Positions 54,434 through 64,000 of a stretch of 64,000 bases of DNA are shown here, one piece after another. Below the pieces are notes generated by a model. It ran no database searches. It was not told where the DNA came from and saw nothing but the letters and a program-made list of their open reading frames with translations. Numbering within the stretch: position 1 is the first letter of the stretch; each line of letters begins with the position of its first letter. Both the position numbers and the translations under genes were made by a program. This DNA is from Lachnospiraceae bacterium (GTDB taxonomy: Bacteria > Bacillota > Clostridia > Lachnospirales > Lachnospiraceae), in the NCBI GenBank assembly GCA_017936885.1, contig JAGBEO010000001.1, forward strand, positions 1,733 to 65,732, in the 5' to 3' direction.

Positions 54434-55561
54434 TTAACAGTTTTCTTCCGCGCAGGCGCTGATCACTGACACCAGATAGAAGGGCACCGCATTCTTTTCA
54501 CGCGTTTCCTTCAGTCTGATTTCCACCTTATGCGTACCGCCCGCAATATGATGCGCCAGGGTACTGATGTACAGACAATCGCCCCATGTCTCATCAAAGT
54601 TGGCATCCAGTTCTATCGCATTGTTCTCATCATCATCTACTATCGCAACGGCAACCGGAGCCGGATGCTTCACCGATTTACGGTACTGCACGGCAATCTC
54701 CGTGCCTTCCGTCTCGAATATAATACAGGCGCCCTCCCTGTCAGCCGTCCATCCGCCCCGGAACATGTCGTTCACATATTTTTTCAGGGTATGGTCCGGC
54801 GCAAAGCCGTCACAAAGGGGTGCACTGTTATGATTCTGATACCGTCTGACATTGCCGTAAGCATTTGCTGTGAGTGGTTTCGGCATAGCGGCAGGTTCCT
54901 CTTTCTGCATCATCTGCACATATACCTGATCCAGAAAATCCGTGATCACTTCCGCCACCAGCCCATGACCGTCAGAATTAGGATGCAGATCATCCGGCGT
55001 AATCAGCCGGTTAGGAATCGCGCCCGATACGACCTCCGGGTAAATCGTGGTTTTCATACTCACACTCGGCAGATCATAATGCGCTCCGATCTCCCGATGG
55101 CTTCTCTCCGCGCTGATGCCTGTGTCATAACGGATATTGTGAACCAACAGGACAGCAGGTTCATAGGCATTGCCGTAAACTCTGCGTACCAATCCTTCAT
55201 AGGTCTCTTTGTAAAAGTCCGTATCATCATCATTAACGGAAAATTCAATCATCACCAAATCCGGCTTATAAAGAAGCACATCCTCATCCACTCTGGAGAC
55301 GCCAAACTGCGACGTGGTTCCTCCCACGCCTGCATTGATGTAAGTAAAGGCTGTCCTGGGGAACCTTCTTACAAACCAGTCATACACGATGTAGGCATAA
55401 CAGTCCGTATACCGGGATGACACGGAGCCCTGCGTAATCGATCCGCCCAAAAAAGCCAGCGTCATTCTGTCCCCTGCCTTTGCCCGCTTCATCAATTCCT
55501 TCATCCGGTATAGATTTCCCCTGTTAACCCATCCGTTTTCTGCATGTATTTCATATCCCAT
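54434..55561 (-). CDS. SGNH/GDSL-family esterase with a C-terminal beta-sandwich-like domain (acetyl-mannan esterase candidate)
   Basis: LAFLGGSITQGS block I, GVGGT block II and DDLHPNSDGH block V. Locus context supports the call. Confidence 0.7.
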   Translation of the reverse strand: MGYEIHAENGWVNRGNLYRMKELMKRAKAGDRMTLAFLGGSITQGSVSSRYTDCYAYIVYDWFVRRFPRTAFTYINAGVGGTTSQFGVSRVDEDVLLYKPDLVMIEFSVNDDDTDFYKETYEGLVRRVYGNAYEPAVLLVHNIRYDTGISAERSHREIGAHYDLPSVSMKTTIYPEVVSGAIPNRLITPDDLHPNSDGHGLVAEVITDFLDQVYVQMMQKEEPAAMPKPLTANAYGNVRRYQNHNSAPLCDGFAPDHTLKKYVNDMFRGGWTADREGACIIFETEGTEIAVQYRKSVKHPAPVAVAIVDDDENNAIELDANFDETWGDCLYISTLAHHIAGGTHKVEIRLKETREKNAVPFYLVSVISACAEENC

Positions 55562-55657
55562 GACATTCTCCCCATATATCATTTCCTGTAAGGCACCGGC
55601 TGACGCAGATACGGTTTCAATGTGCCGGTGCCTTTTACTGTCTATACAACCTATTGG

Positions 55658-56680
55658 TTATCGGATTCCGATCTCTGTGTCAGCTTCCGATACGCGGCTG
55701 TGCGTCTTAATATAATCTACGATTTCATCCAGCTTCGTAAAAGCAAGCCCGACATAGCTGTCTGCGCAGCCGTAATACAGCGCAATCTTTCCGCTCTCCG
55801 CATCATGGATCGTCGCACAGGGGAAGCACACATTCGGCACGAAGCCCCTTTCCTCATACCACTCTTCCGGTGTGAGCAGGAAATTCTCACAGCGGTATAA
55901 CACCTTGGACGGATTGTCAATATCTAAGATGGCACCGCCGATAGAGTACACGAAACCGTTACAGGTGCCGCTTACGCCGTGGTAGAACAGAAGCCATCCT
56001 TCTGTGGTCTCAATCGGTGCGGCGCCGCCGCCGATCTTGACGGACTCCCACCATTCGCTTCCTTTGCCCATCACATGTCTGTGTTTGCCCCAGTAGACCA
56101 TATCCGGGCTTTCACTTAAGAAGATATCACCGAAAGGCGTATGTCCCGAATCAGAGGGACGGGAAAGCAATACATAGTTACCGTTAATCTTACGCGGGAA
56201 CAGCACTGCATTTCTGTTAAACGGAATAAAAGGATTCTCAATTCTTGTAAAGGTCTTGAAATCCGTGGTCTTCGCCATGCCGATGGATGCGCCGTAGAAA
56301 TCCTGACACCAGATAATATAATAAGTGTCCTCTACTTTCACAAGACGCGGATCATATGCATATACCGGCATAAAATCGTTGCCGTTTTCATCCTGAAAAG
56401 GAATCTTCTCTGCCTCAAACTCCCAGTGAATGGCATCCTTGCTGTGTCCCAAGTAGATATAAGGAATACCATTCGTCTGCTCGCCTCTGAATACACCGAT
56501 GAATTTCTCCCCGTAAGGCATTACGGCACTGTTAAAAATTCTTGCCACTCCTTCTATCGGATTTCTGCCGATAATGGGATTCTCACGATATCTCCAGATC
56601 GGTGCACCCTTTAACCCTTCCGGTTTCTCCTGCCAGGGTACATTCTTTACTACAGGACTGATCATTTTTACTTCGCTCAT
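55658..56680 (-). CDS. GH130 beta-1,4-mannooligosaccharide phosphorylase-type enzyme
   Basis: About 340 aa with a GH130 five-bladed propeller pattern (FNSAVMPY, YYIIWC, NRNAVLFPRKING, GGGAAPIETTEGWLLFYHGV). GGAGG lies upstream of the chosen Met. Confidence 0.8.
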   Translation of the reverse strand: MSEVKMISPVVKNVPWQEKPEGLKGAPIWRYRENPIIGRNPIEGVARIFNSAVMPYGEKFIGVFRGEQTNGIPYIYLGHSKDAIHWEFEAEKIPFQDENGNDFMPVYAYDPRLVKVEDTYYIIWCQDFYGASIGMAKTTDFKTFTRIENPFIPFNRNAVLFPRKINGNYVLLSRPSDSGHTPFGDIFLSESPDMVYWGKHRHVMGKGSEWWESVKIGGGAAPIETTEGWLLFYHGVSGTCNGFVYSIGGAILDIDNPSKVLYRCENFLLTPEEWYEERGFVPNVCFPCATIHDAESGKIALYYGCADSYVGLAFTKLDEIVDYIKTHSRVSEADTEIGIR

Positions 56681-56843
56681 ATTTCCTCCATTCCAAAGCC
56701 TTTTTTGACTGCAGCAGATTCCTTCGGCTTTCTCCTTTTTCTCATTGAACCATGCCTCTCTTTCATCCCACAGATTTCGTACAGGCTTACCCGATACCGT
56801 ACACAACTCCATGCGCCGCAGTCCAAACAGGCATTGATCCCTA

Positions 56844-58016
56844 TTATTGTTGCTCCAAAAACTCCAGATTCCTCTGAATCAGTTCACATCTCTGTGTCAC
56901 ACACTCCACGGAACGCAGCGGATCAGCCGGAGTGTTAAATACATAATCAAGCAGCTTATCCACCGTAGTCGTTGCCACATGCATTCTCGTATCGCTGGAG
57001 GCATAATAAATATACACCTCCCCGTTGTCTTTGGCGATAGCGCCGTTGGTAAATACCACATTGGATACATCCCCCACACGCTCTCCCTCTCTGGGGCCGA
57101 TCAACATACCTGAGGGCTCTGCGATAACTTTGGAAGGGTCCTGCAAATCCGTGGCAAAGGCATAAATCACATAACGCAGTCCTGCCGCCGTATTCCTGAC
57201 ACCGTGCGCAATATGAATCCAGCCCTTCTCCGTCTTGATCGGCGTAGCGCCTGCCCCGTTCTTCGCCTCGGTAATGGTATGATATTTGCGCAAAGAAGTC
57301 ATCTTCTCCTCATCAATCACCGCGTGGGTGATATCCTCGCACAAGCCGAAACCGATACCGCCGCCGGACCCGGTCTCAATGAAATCATCCATAGGTCTTG
57401 TATAAAATGCATACTTACCGTCCACGAATTCAGGATGGAGCACCACATTTCTCTGCTGCGGGGAGCGAAGGGTCGTAAGGTTATCCAGTCTCTCCCAGTT
57501 CTTTAAGTCCTTCGTGCGGACAATGCCTGCTGCCGCCACCGCTGCGGATAAATCATTTACCGTCTTATCCTTACTCTCGGAACAGAACACGCCGTAGATA
57601 TAGCCGTCTTCATGCTTCGTCAGACGCATATCGTACACATTGGTTTCCTCCGGACAGGTATCCGGCAGTAAGATAGGATAGTCCCAGAAGCGGAAACCGT
57701 CGATACCGTTATCACTCTCGGCCACACCGAAGAAGCTCTTTCTGTCATTTCCCTCAATCCGTGCCACCAGATAATACTTGCCGTTTAACGCGATGGCACC
57801 GGAATTCATAACCGCATTCACACCCAGACGCTCCATAAAATAAGGATTGGTCTCCGGATTCAGATCATATTTCCAGTGCAGCGGAATATGCTCTCTTGTC
57901 AGCACCGGATATTTATACCTGTCATAGATACCGTTGTAAATCTCTGATTTTACATTTTTGCGATTGATCAGTTTGTTATATTTCTCTAATTCCACATAAT
58001 ATCTGCTATGTAACAT
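56844..58016 (-). CDS. GH130 4-O-beta-D-mannosyl-D-glucose phosphorylase-type enzyme
   Basis: N-terminal helix extension followed by [31 protein letters not shown], typical of the MGP subgroup. Confidence 0.8.
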   Translation of the reverse strand: MLHSRYYVELEKYNKLINRKNVKSEIYNGIYDRYKYPVLTREHIPLHWKYDLNPETNPYFMERLGVNAVMNSGAIALNGKYYLVARIEGNDRKSFFGVAESDNGIDGFRFWDYPILLPDTCPEETNVYDMRLTKHEDGYIYGVFCSESKDKTVNDLSAAVAAAGIVRTKDLKNWERLDNLTTLRSPQQRNVVLHPEFVDGKYAFYTRPMDDFIETGSGGGIGFGLCEDITHAVIDEEKMTSLRKYHTITEAKNGAGATPIKTEKGWIHIAHGVRNTAAGLRYVIYAFATDLQDPSKVIAEPSGMLIGPREGERVGDVSNVVFTNGAIAKDNGEVYIYYASSDTRMHVATTTVDKLLDYVFNTPADPLRSVECVTQRCELIQRNLEFLEQQ

Positions 58017-58068
58017 ACTATTACCATGCCTTTCTTCCATTCCTGCCGCCTCACACGGCATAGACTCT

Positions 58069-59238
58069 TCATTCCCCGCTTCTTCTGATTACCTCCAGAC
58101 ACATTCTGCCGTTATGGTAAGGACATTTCCAAGGCTCCACGATGGGTTTTGCGCTGACCGCTTCTCCCTTACTGTTCACATCCCAGAACCACTCGGAGCC
58201 GGGACGCTTATCAATCATATGCTCCCTGATAAAGTCCCACTCTGTCTTAGCAGCTTCCAGATATTCCGTATGCTCAGGCGCCAGCGCGTATCCGTTCAGG
58301 AAGCCTACAACCGCCTCTGCCTGTACCCACCAGATTCTGTTCTGATCCACTACGCCCTTTTCACATTCATTAGCAAAGGAGTGCCCGTCAAATGCCGCCT
58401 TATAGGTTTGACCGGTTAAGTCAAGTATGATAGGAAGCATCTTATCTTCGTATGACTTCTCTCCCAGCACATCCGTTCCTCTGCGAAGCAGCCATGCCGT
58501 CTCTATATCATGGCCGTAAGAATGCAGATCTATAATAGAATGCATCTGTCTGTCAAAAAACACCTCCTGACGGTGCAGCCCAGGATTATATACCTTATCT
58601 GCAATGGTATCAAGAATCCATTCCAGCCTTCTCTTTACTTCCTTATTATAACTCACACGGTACAATTCCGTATATGCCTCAAATACATGAAGCAATGTGT
58701 TCATGGTTTTATCGGCAATGACACCGTTTTCGGACAGCTTATCATTCTCAATCTCCCTAAAGTCCCTGTCGAAGGCCTCTTTGTAACCGATCTCATCCGT
58801 GCATTTGTCCTCAATCATATGAAATAATTCCAGCGCTGTCTGCAGGGCGTTCTCATCCTTCGATGCATCATAATAAGAGGATAATGCATAGATGGAAAAA
58901 GCCTGATTGTAAGTATGCTTAGTCGTATCTTCCGGTGTGCCGTCATACTTTACCGACCAGTAGACACCGCCTTTTTCCTGATCCACACAGTATTTTTTCA
59001 TAAATTCATATCCGTGCCTTGCCTCTGCAAGCAGCGACTCATCCTTAAGCGTCAGATAGGCATTGGCAAAAAACCAAGTGATGCGGCTGTTTAAGATACA
59101 GCCCTTCACTGCCTTTTCATTCACCCTCAGGTCATGATCCATATAGCCGTAATATCCGCCCCATTCATCATCTCGAAGTTTTTTCCAAAAGGGAATAATG
59201 CAGTCTGTCAGATGATTCCTGATTTCCTCTACCATCAT
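58069..59238 (-). CDS. AGE-family (cellobiose/mannobiose) 2-epimerase
   Basis: (alpha/alpha)6 barrel family pattern ([42 protein letters not shown]). Located next to the GH130 genes. Confidence 0.8.
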   Translation of the reverse strand: MMVEEIRNHLTDCIIPFWKKLRDDEWGGYYGYMDHDLRVNEKAVKGCILNSRITWFFANAYLTLKDESLLAEARHGYEFMKKYCVDQEKGGVYWSVKYDGTPEDTTKHTYNQAFSIYALSSYYDASKDENALQTALELFHMIEDKCTDEIGYKEAFDRDFREIENDKLSENGVIADKTMNTLLHVFEAYTELYRVSYNKEVKRRLEWILDTIADKVYNPGLHRQEVFFDRQMHSIIDLHSYGHDIETAWLLRRGTDVLGEKSYEDKMLPIILDLTGQTYKAAFDGHSFANECEKGVVDQNRIWWVQAEAVVGFLNGYALAPEHTEYLEAAKTEWDFIREHMIDKRPGSEWFWDVNSKGEAVSAKPIVEPWKCPYHNGRMCLEVIRRSGE

Positions 59239-59269
59239 GTCTGTTACCTCACATATCTTTATATTCCAT

Positions 59270-60118
59270 CTATCCCTTCACGGAGCCTGCCGTCATACCG
59301 CTGTAAATCTGCTTCTGGAACAAAATGAATATGATCAATGCCGGAAGCAGCGAAATAATAACACCTGCACATATGAGGTTATACTGGCTGCCAAGGGGCC
59401 CTACGAAGGTGTAAAGGGAAGTTGCCACCGTAGGAAATCTCTTCTTGTCCTGCAAATACAGATTCGCACAATAGTACTCGTTATAAGTAGCCACGCCTTT
59501 TAAAATACAGGCGGTTACAATCGCAGGCCTTAACAGGGGCAGCAGTATCTTATAATATATCTTGAAATAAGAAGCACCGTCAATAATAGCTGACTCGTCT
59601 AACGATACGCTGATGTTCTCAAAGAACTGAATATAGATGTAGATCGCAATCACATCCGTACCGCACATCATAACGATATATCCCGCTAAGGAGTTAATAA
59701 AATGCAGCTTATACATAAGCTCGTATACGGCAATCTGCATCGCCACACCGGGAAGCAGCGTTGCAAACAGGAATAAGCTTCTGATGATGCCGTTGCCCGG
59801 GAATTTGAATCTGTTGAGAATATAAGCAAGCTGTGTACCCACAAGCACCGATACGACTAACACGCACACCAGAATAATGGTGGAATTAAGAAAAGCTCTT
59901 CCCATGTTCGCCTTACCGAATGCCTGCACGAAATTATCGAAATTCAGCCATGACTGCGGCATCGTCATAACATTCGTCTGCTCATACTCCGTTTTGGTCT
60001 TAAATGCCGTAATCACACAGGATACGATCGGCAATACCGCAACAAAAGAGAAAAATACCAAAGAAATATATTTTAAGCAAACAACAATCGTTGCTGCCAT
60101 TTTGCGTAGAACTGTCAT
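59270..60118 (-). CDS. Carbohydrate ABC transporter permease (MalG-like)
   Basis: Six TM helices and an EAA-like loop DESAIIDGASYFKIYYKILLP. Confidence 0.88.
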   Translation of the reverse strand: MTVLRKMAATIVVCLKYISLVFFSFVAVLPIVSCVITAFKTKTEYEQTNVMTMPQSWLNFDNFVQAFGKANMGRAFLNSTIILVCVLVVSVLVGTQLAYILNRFKFPGNGIIRSLFLFATLLPGVAMQIAVYELMYKLHFINSLAGYIVMMCGTDVIAIYIYIQFFENISVSLDESAIIDGASYFKIYYKILLPLLRPAIVTACILKGVATYNEYYCANLYLQDKKRFPTVATSLYTFVGPLGSQYNLICAGVIISLLPALIIFILFQKQIYSGMTAGSVKG

Positions 60119-61123
60119 TTATCTCCCCGCCTTTCTTGCTGCATATTTTGCAAGCTTCCTGTCACGTCTCTTAGTTGCATTGAAATCTTCATCCTCAGCA
60201 TTTTTAAATACGTACTTAAAGAAAAGCTTCTGTGCAATGGTCGCCGCAAAAATAATCATCAAAAGCACTACCGCCATCGCCGATGCCAGACCTACCTTCT
60301 GTGATGTATGCGCGATATCATGCATTACCACGAAATAGGTCGCCGTACCGTTGGCACCGTCCGTAATAACATAAGGCGGTTCGAATGCACTTAAAGAGCC
60401 GGTAATCGATAAGATTACATTCAATGTCACGATTGTCTTGATACTTGGCAGAATAATATATATAAACTGCTGGAAACGGTTCGCACCGTCTAACATAGCT
60501 GCTTCGTAAAGCTCGGAATCCACTGACATAATGGCACCGATGAAAAGCACCATGTTCTGTCCGAAGTATCTCCACACACTAGTTCCCACAAGGGATATAT
60601 TATTAATGCTCTGGTCCTTTAACCAATAAGGCAGATTCTCCAACTCAAAGCCACACCACTGCAGTACCGTATCGAATACGAATCCTCTGGTGTAGAAAAA
60701 TTTAAAAATAAAACCAATTGCAATACCGTTAATCAGATAAGGGAAGAACATAAATCCCTTGAAGATATTGCCGCCCTTTACCTTAAAGCTGAGTACTGTA
60801 GCCAGATAAAGCGCCAGTATAAGCTGTACAATGGAACCGCCCATATAATACAGACTTAACTTTAGTGCACCGAAGCAGTCTTTTCTGCTGAATACGCTGG
60901 CATAATTGTCTAATCCCACGAATTTTCTGGCACCGATATATTTCATTCTGTAAAAGCTGTATCCCACCATCTTGCCAAATGGAAAATATGTAAAAGTAAA
61001 TAGTAAAACCAGCGGGATCAACATAAATGCGATGATGATAATTACCTGCTGTCCCTTTCTGCTTCTCGCCCACTGCAGGAAGCCTTTTTTCTGTGTCCCT
61101 GCTATACCTGTCTGTGCCGACAT
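60119..61123 (-). CDS. Carbohydrate ABC transporter permease (MalF-like)
   Basis: EAA loop YEAAMLDGANRFQQFIYIILP. Directly abuts the downstream permease gene. Confidence 0.88.
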   Translation of the reverse strand: MSAQTGIAGTQKKGFLQWARSRKGQQVIIIIAFMLIPLVLLFTFTYFPFGKMVGYSFYRMKYIGARKFVGLDNYASVFSRKDCFGALKLSLYYMGGSIVQLILALYLATVLSFKVKGGNIFKGFMFFPYLINGIAIGFIFKFFYTRGFVFDTVLQWCGFELENLPYWLKDQSINNISLVGTSVWRYFGQNMVLFIGAIMSVDSELYEAAMLDGANRFQQFIYIILPSIKTIVTLNVILSITGSLSAFEPPYVITDGANGTATYFVVMHDIAHTSQKVGLASAMAVVLLMIIFAATIAQKLFFKYVFKNAEDEDFNATKRRDRKLAKYAARKAGR

Positions 61124-61251
61124 ACGCTACCCTCCTGATTATTCAAGCCGGGGAGAGCTTCCCCGGCTCAAACTTCACACCAATTACCTGTTATTACTAT
61201 CCGTTTCCATGTCCGAACCGCCTCCTTTGAAACGGTACGGCCAGACCGCTT

Positions 61252-62691
61252 TTAGTACAGCACCTCTATGCCGCATGCTTCCTGTGCATCATTCCACTTA
61301 AGCGTCCAGTCTTCCATGATATCATCGAAACTCTGGGAACCTGTAGCCGCTGCTTCCACGATTGCCTGAACCTTAGCATCGCCGCCTGCATTGAAGTTTA
61401 ATTCGGACTCTGCATTCATCTCATTGAGCAGATCTTCCTCACCGGATAATGCTGCTGCGTTCTCAACGATCTCTACACCATCGAATACGAAAGAGGTATC
61501 TGCTGTCTTGGAAATCGGATAACCGCCCTCGAAATCACACCAGCCGGACTCTTCTACCATCCATTTAACGAATACCATGGATGCTGTCTGATTGTCCTCG
61601 GAAGAATTAGCATTGATACCGTAGCAGTAGTCAGGCCCTGCTGTCGCATACTGCTTGCCGTTTACTGTAATAGGGAACGGCATATAACCGATATCGTCCG
61701 GATTATCGCCTGCCGCCTTCATCTGTGCAATAGCCCAGGAGCCGAGCACCATACAGCCGATCTCGCCATTGTTGATCATTGCCTTACAGCCTTCCCAGTC
61801 TGTAGTCGTATAGTCGTCCTCGATCAGTCCCTGTGCAACCGCATCATAGAGAATCTTATACAAAGCGTATGCGCCCGTGCCGTCGCCGTTATCCTTGAAC
61901 GGTTCTGCCGTATGAACGAATTTCTGATTCAGCCATGTCTCATCGCCTGTTGTGATACCGCCTAAGAATGCATCCCACTGGCCGCCCATGGTCCAACCTG
62001 CCGCATAGTTTGTGTAAAGCGGGATTGCATCTGTGTTATCTTTGATCGCCTGCAGCGCTGCAATCAGTTCATCCGGTGTGGACGGCAATTCTGTAATGCC
62101 TGCGTCTACAAATACTTTCGTGTTATAGAGAAGGCCCTGTGCGTTACCCATATATCCGATACCGTAGCACATGCCGTCTAATTCCCAGTTCTTAGGGAAA
62201 TTAATGTACTGCTCCATCTCCTCTGTCGTGCCGTAAGGAATGAAATAGGTAGAAAGCTCTGCCTTATCAATCGCGGGGATAAACATGATATCGCCCCAGT
62301 CACCTGTGGAAAGACGAAGAAGTGCGTCCTCCTGATAATCTGTAATGCCTTCCGTCTCAACTGTGATGTTCGGATATGCCTCGTTAAATCTTGAAATCAG
62401 ATCTGCAATCGTACCGTCTTCCTCACGGTCTGTCTTGTGATGGATAAACTTAATGGTTGTGGTCAGGTCTGTGTAATCCTCGCCTAAATTGATGGATGCG
62501 TATGTAACACCGCCCGGCTGTACTGCCTGAGCCTCTGCGGAATCTTCTGCTTCCTCCGTCTGGGATGTTTCCTCTGCAGCATTCTCTGTTGCGGGCGCAT
62601 CTGTGGAAGTGCTGTCAGAAGAACCGCATCCTGCCAATGAGAATGTCATGGCTGCTGCCAAGGTAAGTGCTGTAACCTTTTTCAGTTTCAT
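61252..62691 (-). CDS. Extracellular sugar-binding lipoprotein of the ABC importer
   Basis: Lipobox SLAGCGSS, an acidic linker, then the SBP family 1 pattern. Confidence 0.85.
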   Translation of the reverse strand: MKLKKVTALTLAAAMTFSLAGCGSSDSTSTDAPATENAAEETSQTEEAEDSAEAQAVQPGGVTYASINLGEDYTDLTTTIKFIHHKTDREEDGTIADLISRFNEAYPNITVETEGITDYQEDALLRLSTGDWGDIMFIPAIDKAELSTYFIPYGTTEEMEQYINFPKNWELDGMCYGIGYMGNAQGLLYNTKVFVDAGITELPSTPDELIAALQAIKDNTDAIPLYTNYAAGWTMGGQWDAFLGGITTGDETWLNQKFVHTAEPFKDNGDGTGAYALYKILYDAVAQGLIEDDYTTTDWEGCKAMINNGEIGCMVLGSWAIAQMKAAGDNPDDIGYMPFPITVNGKQYATAGPDYCYGINANSSEDNQTASMVFVKWMVEESGWCDFEGGYPISKTADTSFVFDGVEIVENAAALSGEEDLLNEMNAESELNFNAGGDAKVQAIVEAAATGSQSFDDIMEDWTLKWNDAQEACGIEVLY

Positions 62692-62730
62692 AAAAGTATC
62701 CTCCTTTTAGTTTGTTTTTTAACAACTTAT

Positions 62731-62969
62731 TTATTAATTGATTAACTTTAATTTAAGTATACATTACTTCATTTTTTAATCATCAATTTTTATTGTTTTT
62801 TATATATCATTCTTGTTATATTTGTTCTTTTCTGCTATTTTGCTATTTTTATCTTGTATTTTTTGTTTATTTTTCACATAAATAATGCTTTGATTAAATT
62901 AATTAAGCTTAATAATTAACCTCAATTTAAGTCAATACTATGTTTTTTAATTAATTTTATTGTTTTTTA
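62731..62969. repeat. Two imperfect direct repeats of about 60-75 nt in the SBP / AraC divergent intergenic region
   Basis: 62731-62800 and 62893-62969 share TTAA(C)..CAATTTAAGT..ATAC(T)A..TTTTTTAAT..ATTTTATTGTTTTTTA. Confidence 0.6.
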
Positions 62970-63088
62970 GTTTTTTGAAATGTATTATAATATATAGAAA
63001 CAGATATTTTTAAGCCTGTTTCGATGTTTCATGTATGATTCTTGTATTTTAGGAATTGTTATTGTGATAAAGGAGACCGAAAGATACC

Positions 63089-63988
63089 ATGACCTTTGCC
63101 GAACGCTATGAACAATCTCTGATGATAACGCCTGCTTTACCTGCCGGTCATTCTGCACACAGCTTTGCAGGCACTTTCTATGAGCTGTTAGATGAGACAG
63201 CCTACAGACTTCCCACCGTGCTTTGCGGCGGCAACATTGAAGTGGATTCTCACTATACGCTGACCTTCAAACCCATGAACTGCTGTATGCTGCTATACAC
63301 CAAAGCAGGATGTGGCAGTTTACGGCTGCGCACCAGAACCTATTTACTGGAACAGGATACGCTTGTGTATTTAGACTGCCATACCGCATCCTTTCTCCTG
63401 GAAACCTCCCATGCCCCCTGGCGCTTTACCCTCTTTCTGGTACAGGGCGATCTTTTCTCCTGTTACAACTCTCTGGTTCCTTTCGAGACTGCGGTACTGC
63501 ATACGCCTGCCCCTTATTCTCCTATCTTAAAGAGCTTAGGGCTGCTGCTTTCGGGTGACACTGCCGCCAATCTGTATAATAAACTGACAGATGCAGGCAT
63601 ACTGACAGAGCTTATGACCAATCTGTGGCTGGAAGTATATGATTTAAAGGGAAATGATACGAAATGTGCCGCTTACTTACTGGAAATAAAGCGTTACCTT
63701 GATGTTACTTTTACGGAACCGTTTCGGCTGGATGATTTAGAGAAGCGCTATCATATGAGTAAATACAGGATCTGCCATGAATTTTCGGACAGCTTCGGCA
63801 TTCCTCCCCTTAAGTACCTGAATCGAAAGCGGCTGGAAGCTGCCGTGAATCTGCTGTTTTCCACCGATAAGCGGATTCATGAAATTGCGCTGGAAGTGGG
63901 GTATGAGAACACCAACCACTTTATCAATTTATTTAAGAAGGAATACGGCACTACGCCGCAGGCATATAGAGAGGCGCATCAGACATGA
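63089..63988 (+). CDS. AraC-family transcriptional regulator (locus regulator candidate)
   Basis: C-terminal double HTH (MSKYRICHEFSDSFGIPPLKYLNRKRLEAAVNLL ... GYENTNHFINLFKKEYGTTPQAYR). Confidence 0.85.
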   Translation: MTFAERYEQSLMITPALPAGHSAHSFAGTFYELLDETAYRLPTVLCGGNIEVDSHYTLTFKPMNCCMLLYTKAGCGSLRLRTRTYLLEQDTLVYLDCHTASFLLETSHAPWRFTLFLVQGDLFSCYNSLVPFETAVLHTPAPYSPILKSLGLLLSGDTAANLYNKLTDAGILTELMTNLWLEVYDLKGNDTKCAAYLLEIKRYLDVTFTEPFRLDDLEKRYHMSKYRICHEFSDSFGIPPLKYLNRKRLEAAVNLLFSTDKRIHEIALEVGYENTNHFINLFKKEYGTTPQAYREAHQT

Positions 63989-64000
63989 TGCGCCACACTT

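Overview
This is a chromosomal segment of a Firmicute, probably a Lachnospiraceae or Roseburia-like gut anaerobe; that assignment is inferred from gene content and synteny only. All calls rest on reading the six-frame translations and the raw sequence. No database search or structure prediction was run. The window has five blocks. (1) 1-7.4 kb holds a 5'-truncated PLD-family gene, AraC and TfoX genes, and a cluster of intact and decayed Rpn/PD-(D/E)XK 'recombination-promoting nuclease/putative transposase' genes in AT-rich non-coding DNA. (2) 7.5-32.9 kb is a minus-strand capsule/exopolysaccharide locus. The conserved module is cpsB-cpsC-cpsD plus an Ig-like acidic protein, an LCP ligase, a degenerate sortase-B-like lipoprotein and a secreted protein. 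The visibly AT-richer variable cassette runs FdtA-like isomerase, aminotransferase, PglC-like priming transferase, FemAB/GNAT-like protein, two NeuD/PglD-type acyltransferases, ACP, adenylating ligase, SDR, NeuB-like synthase, GT, Wzy, GT, Wzx, thioesterase, LuxE-like, LuxC-like, Glf. (3) 33-43 kb holds GH31, an HD-GYP protein with a degenerate GGDEF, a PadR-DUF1700-DUF4097-PspC envelope module and a CPA1 K+/H+ antiporter. (4) 43.7-51.7 kb holds a KdpDE-like two-component system with an apparently orphan kdpF-like mini-ORF, another Rpn-type gene, an EamA transporter and TrkH/TrkA. (5) 52-64 kb is a beta-mannan/manno-oligosaccharide utilisation locus: GH1-PMI fusion, SGNH esterase, two GH130 phosphorylases, 2-epimerase, ABC importer and AraC regulator. 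Three signals stand out: an Rpn-family gene with its own consensus promoter and structured leader lies inside perfect 20-bp inverted repeats between the cps regulatory and biosynthetic genes; Rpn copies bracket the cps cassette; and a LuxC/LuxE/thioesterase + ACP/ligase/SDR/NeuB-like acyl-processing set is embedded in the glycan cassette.
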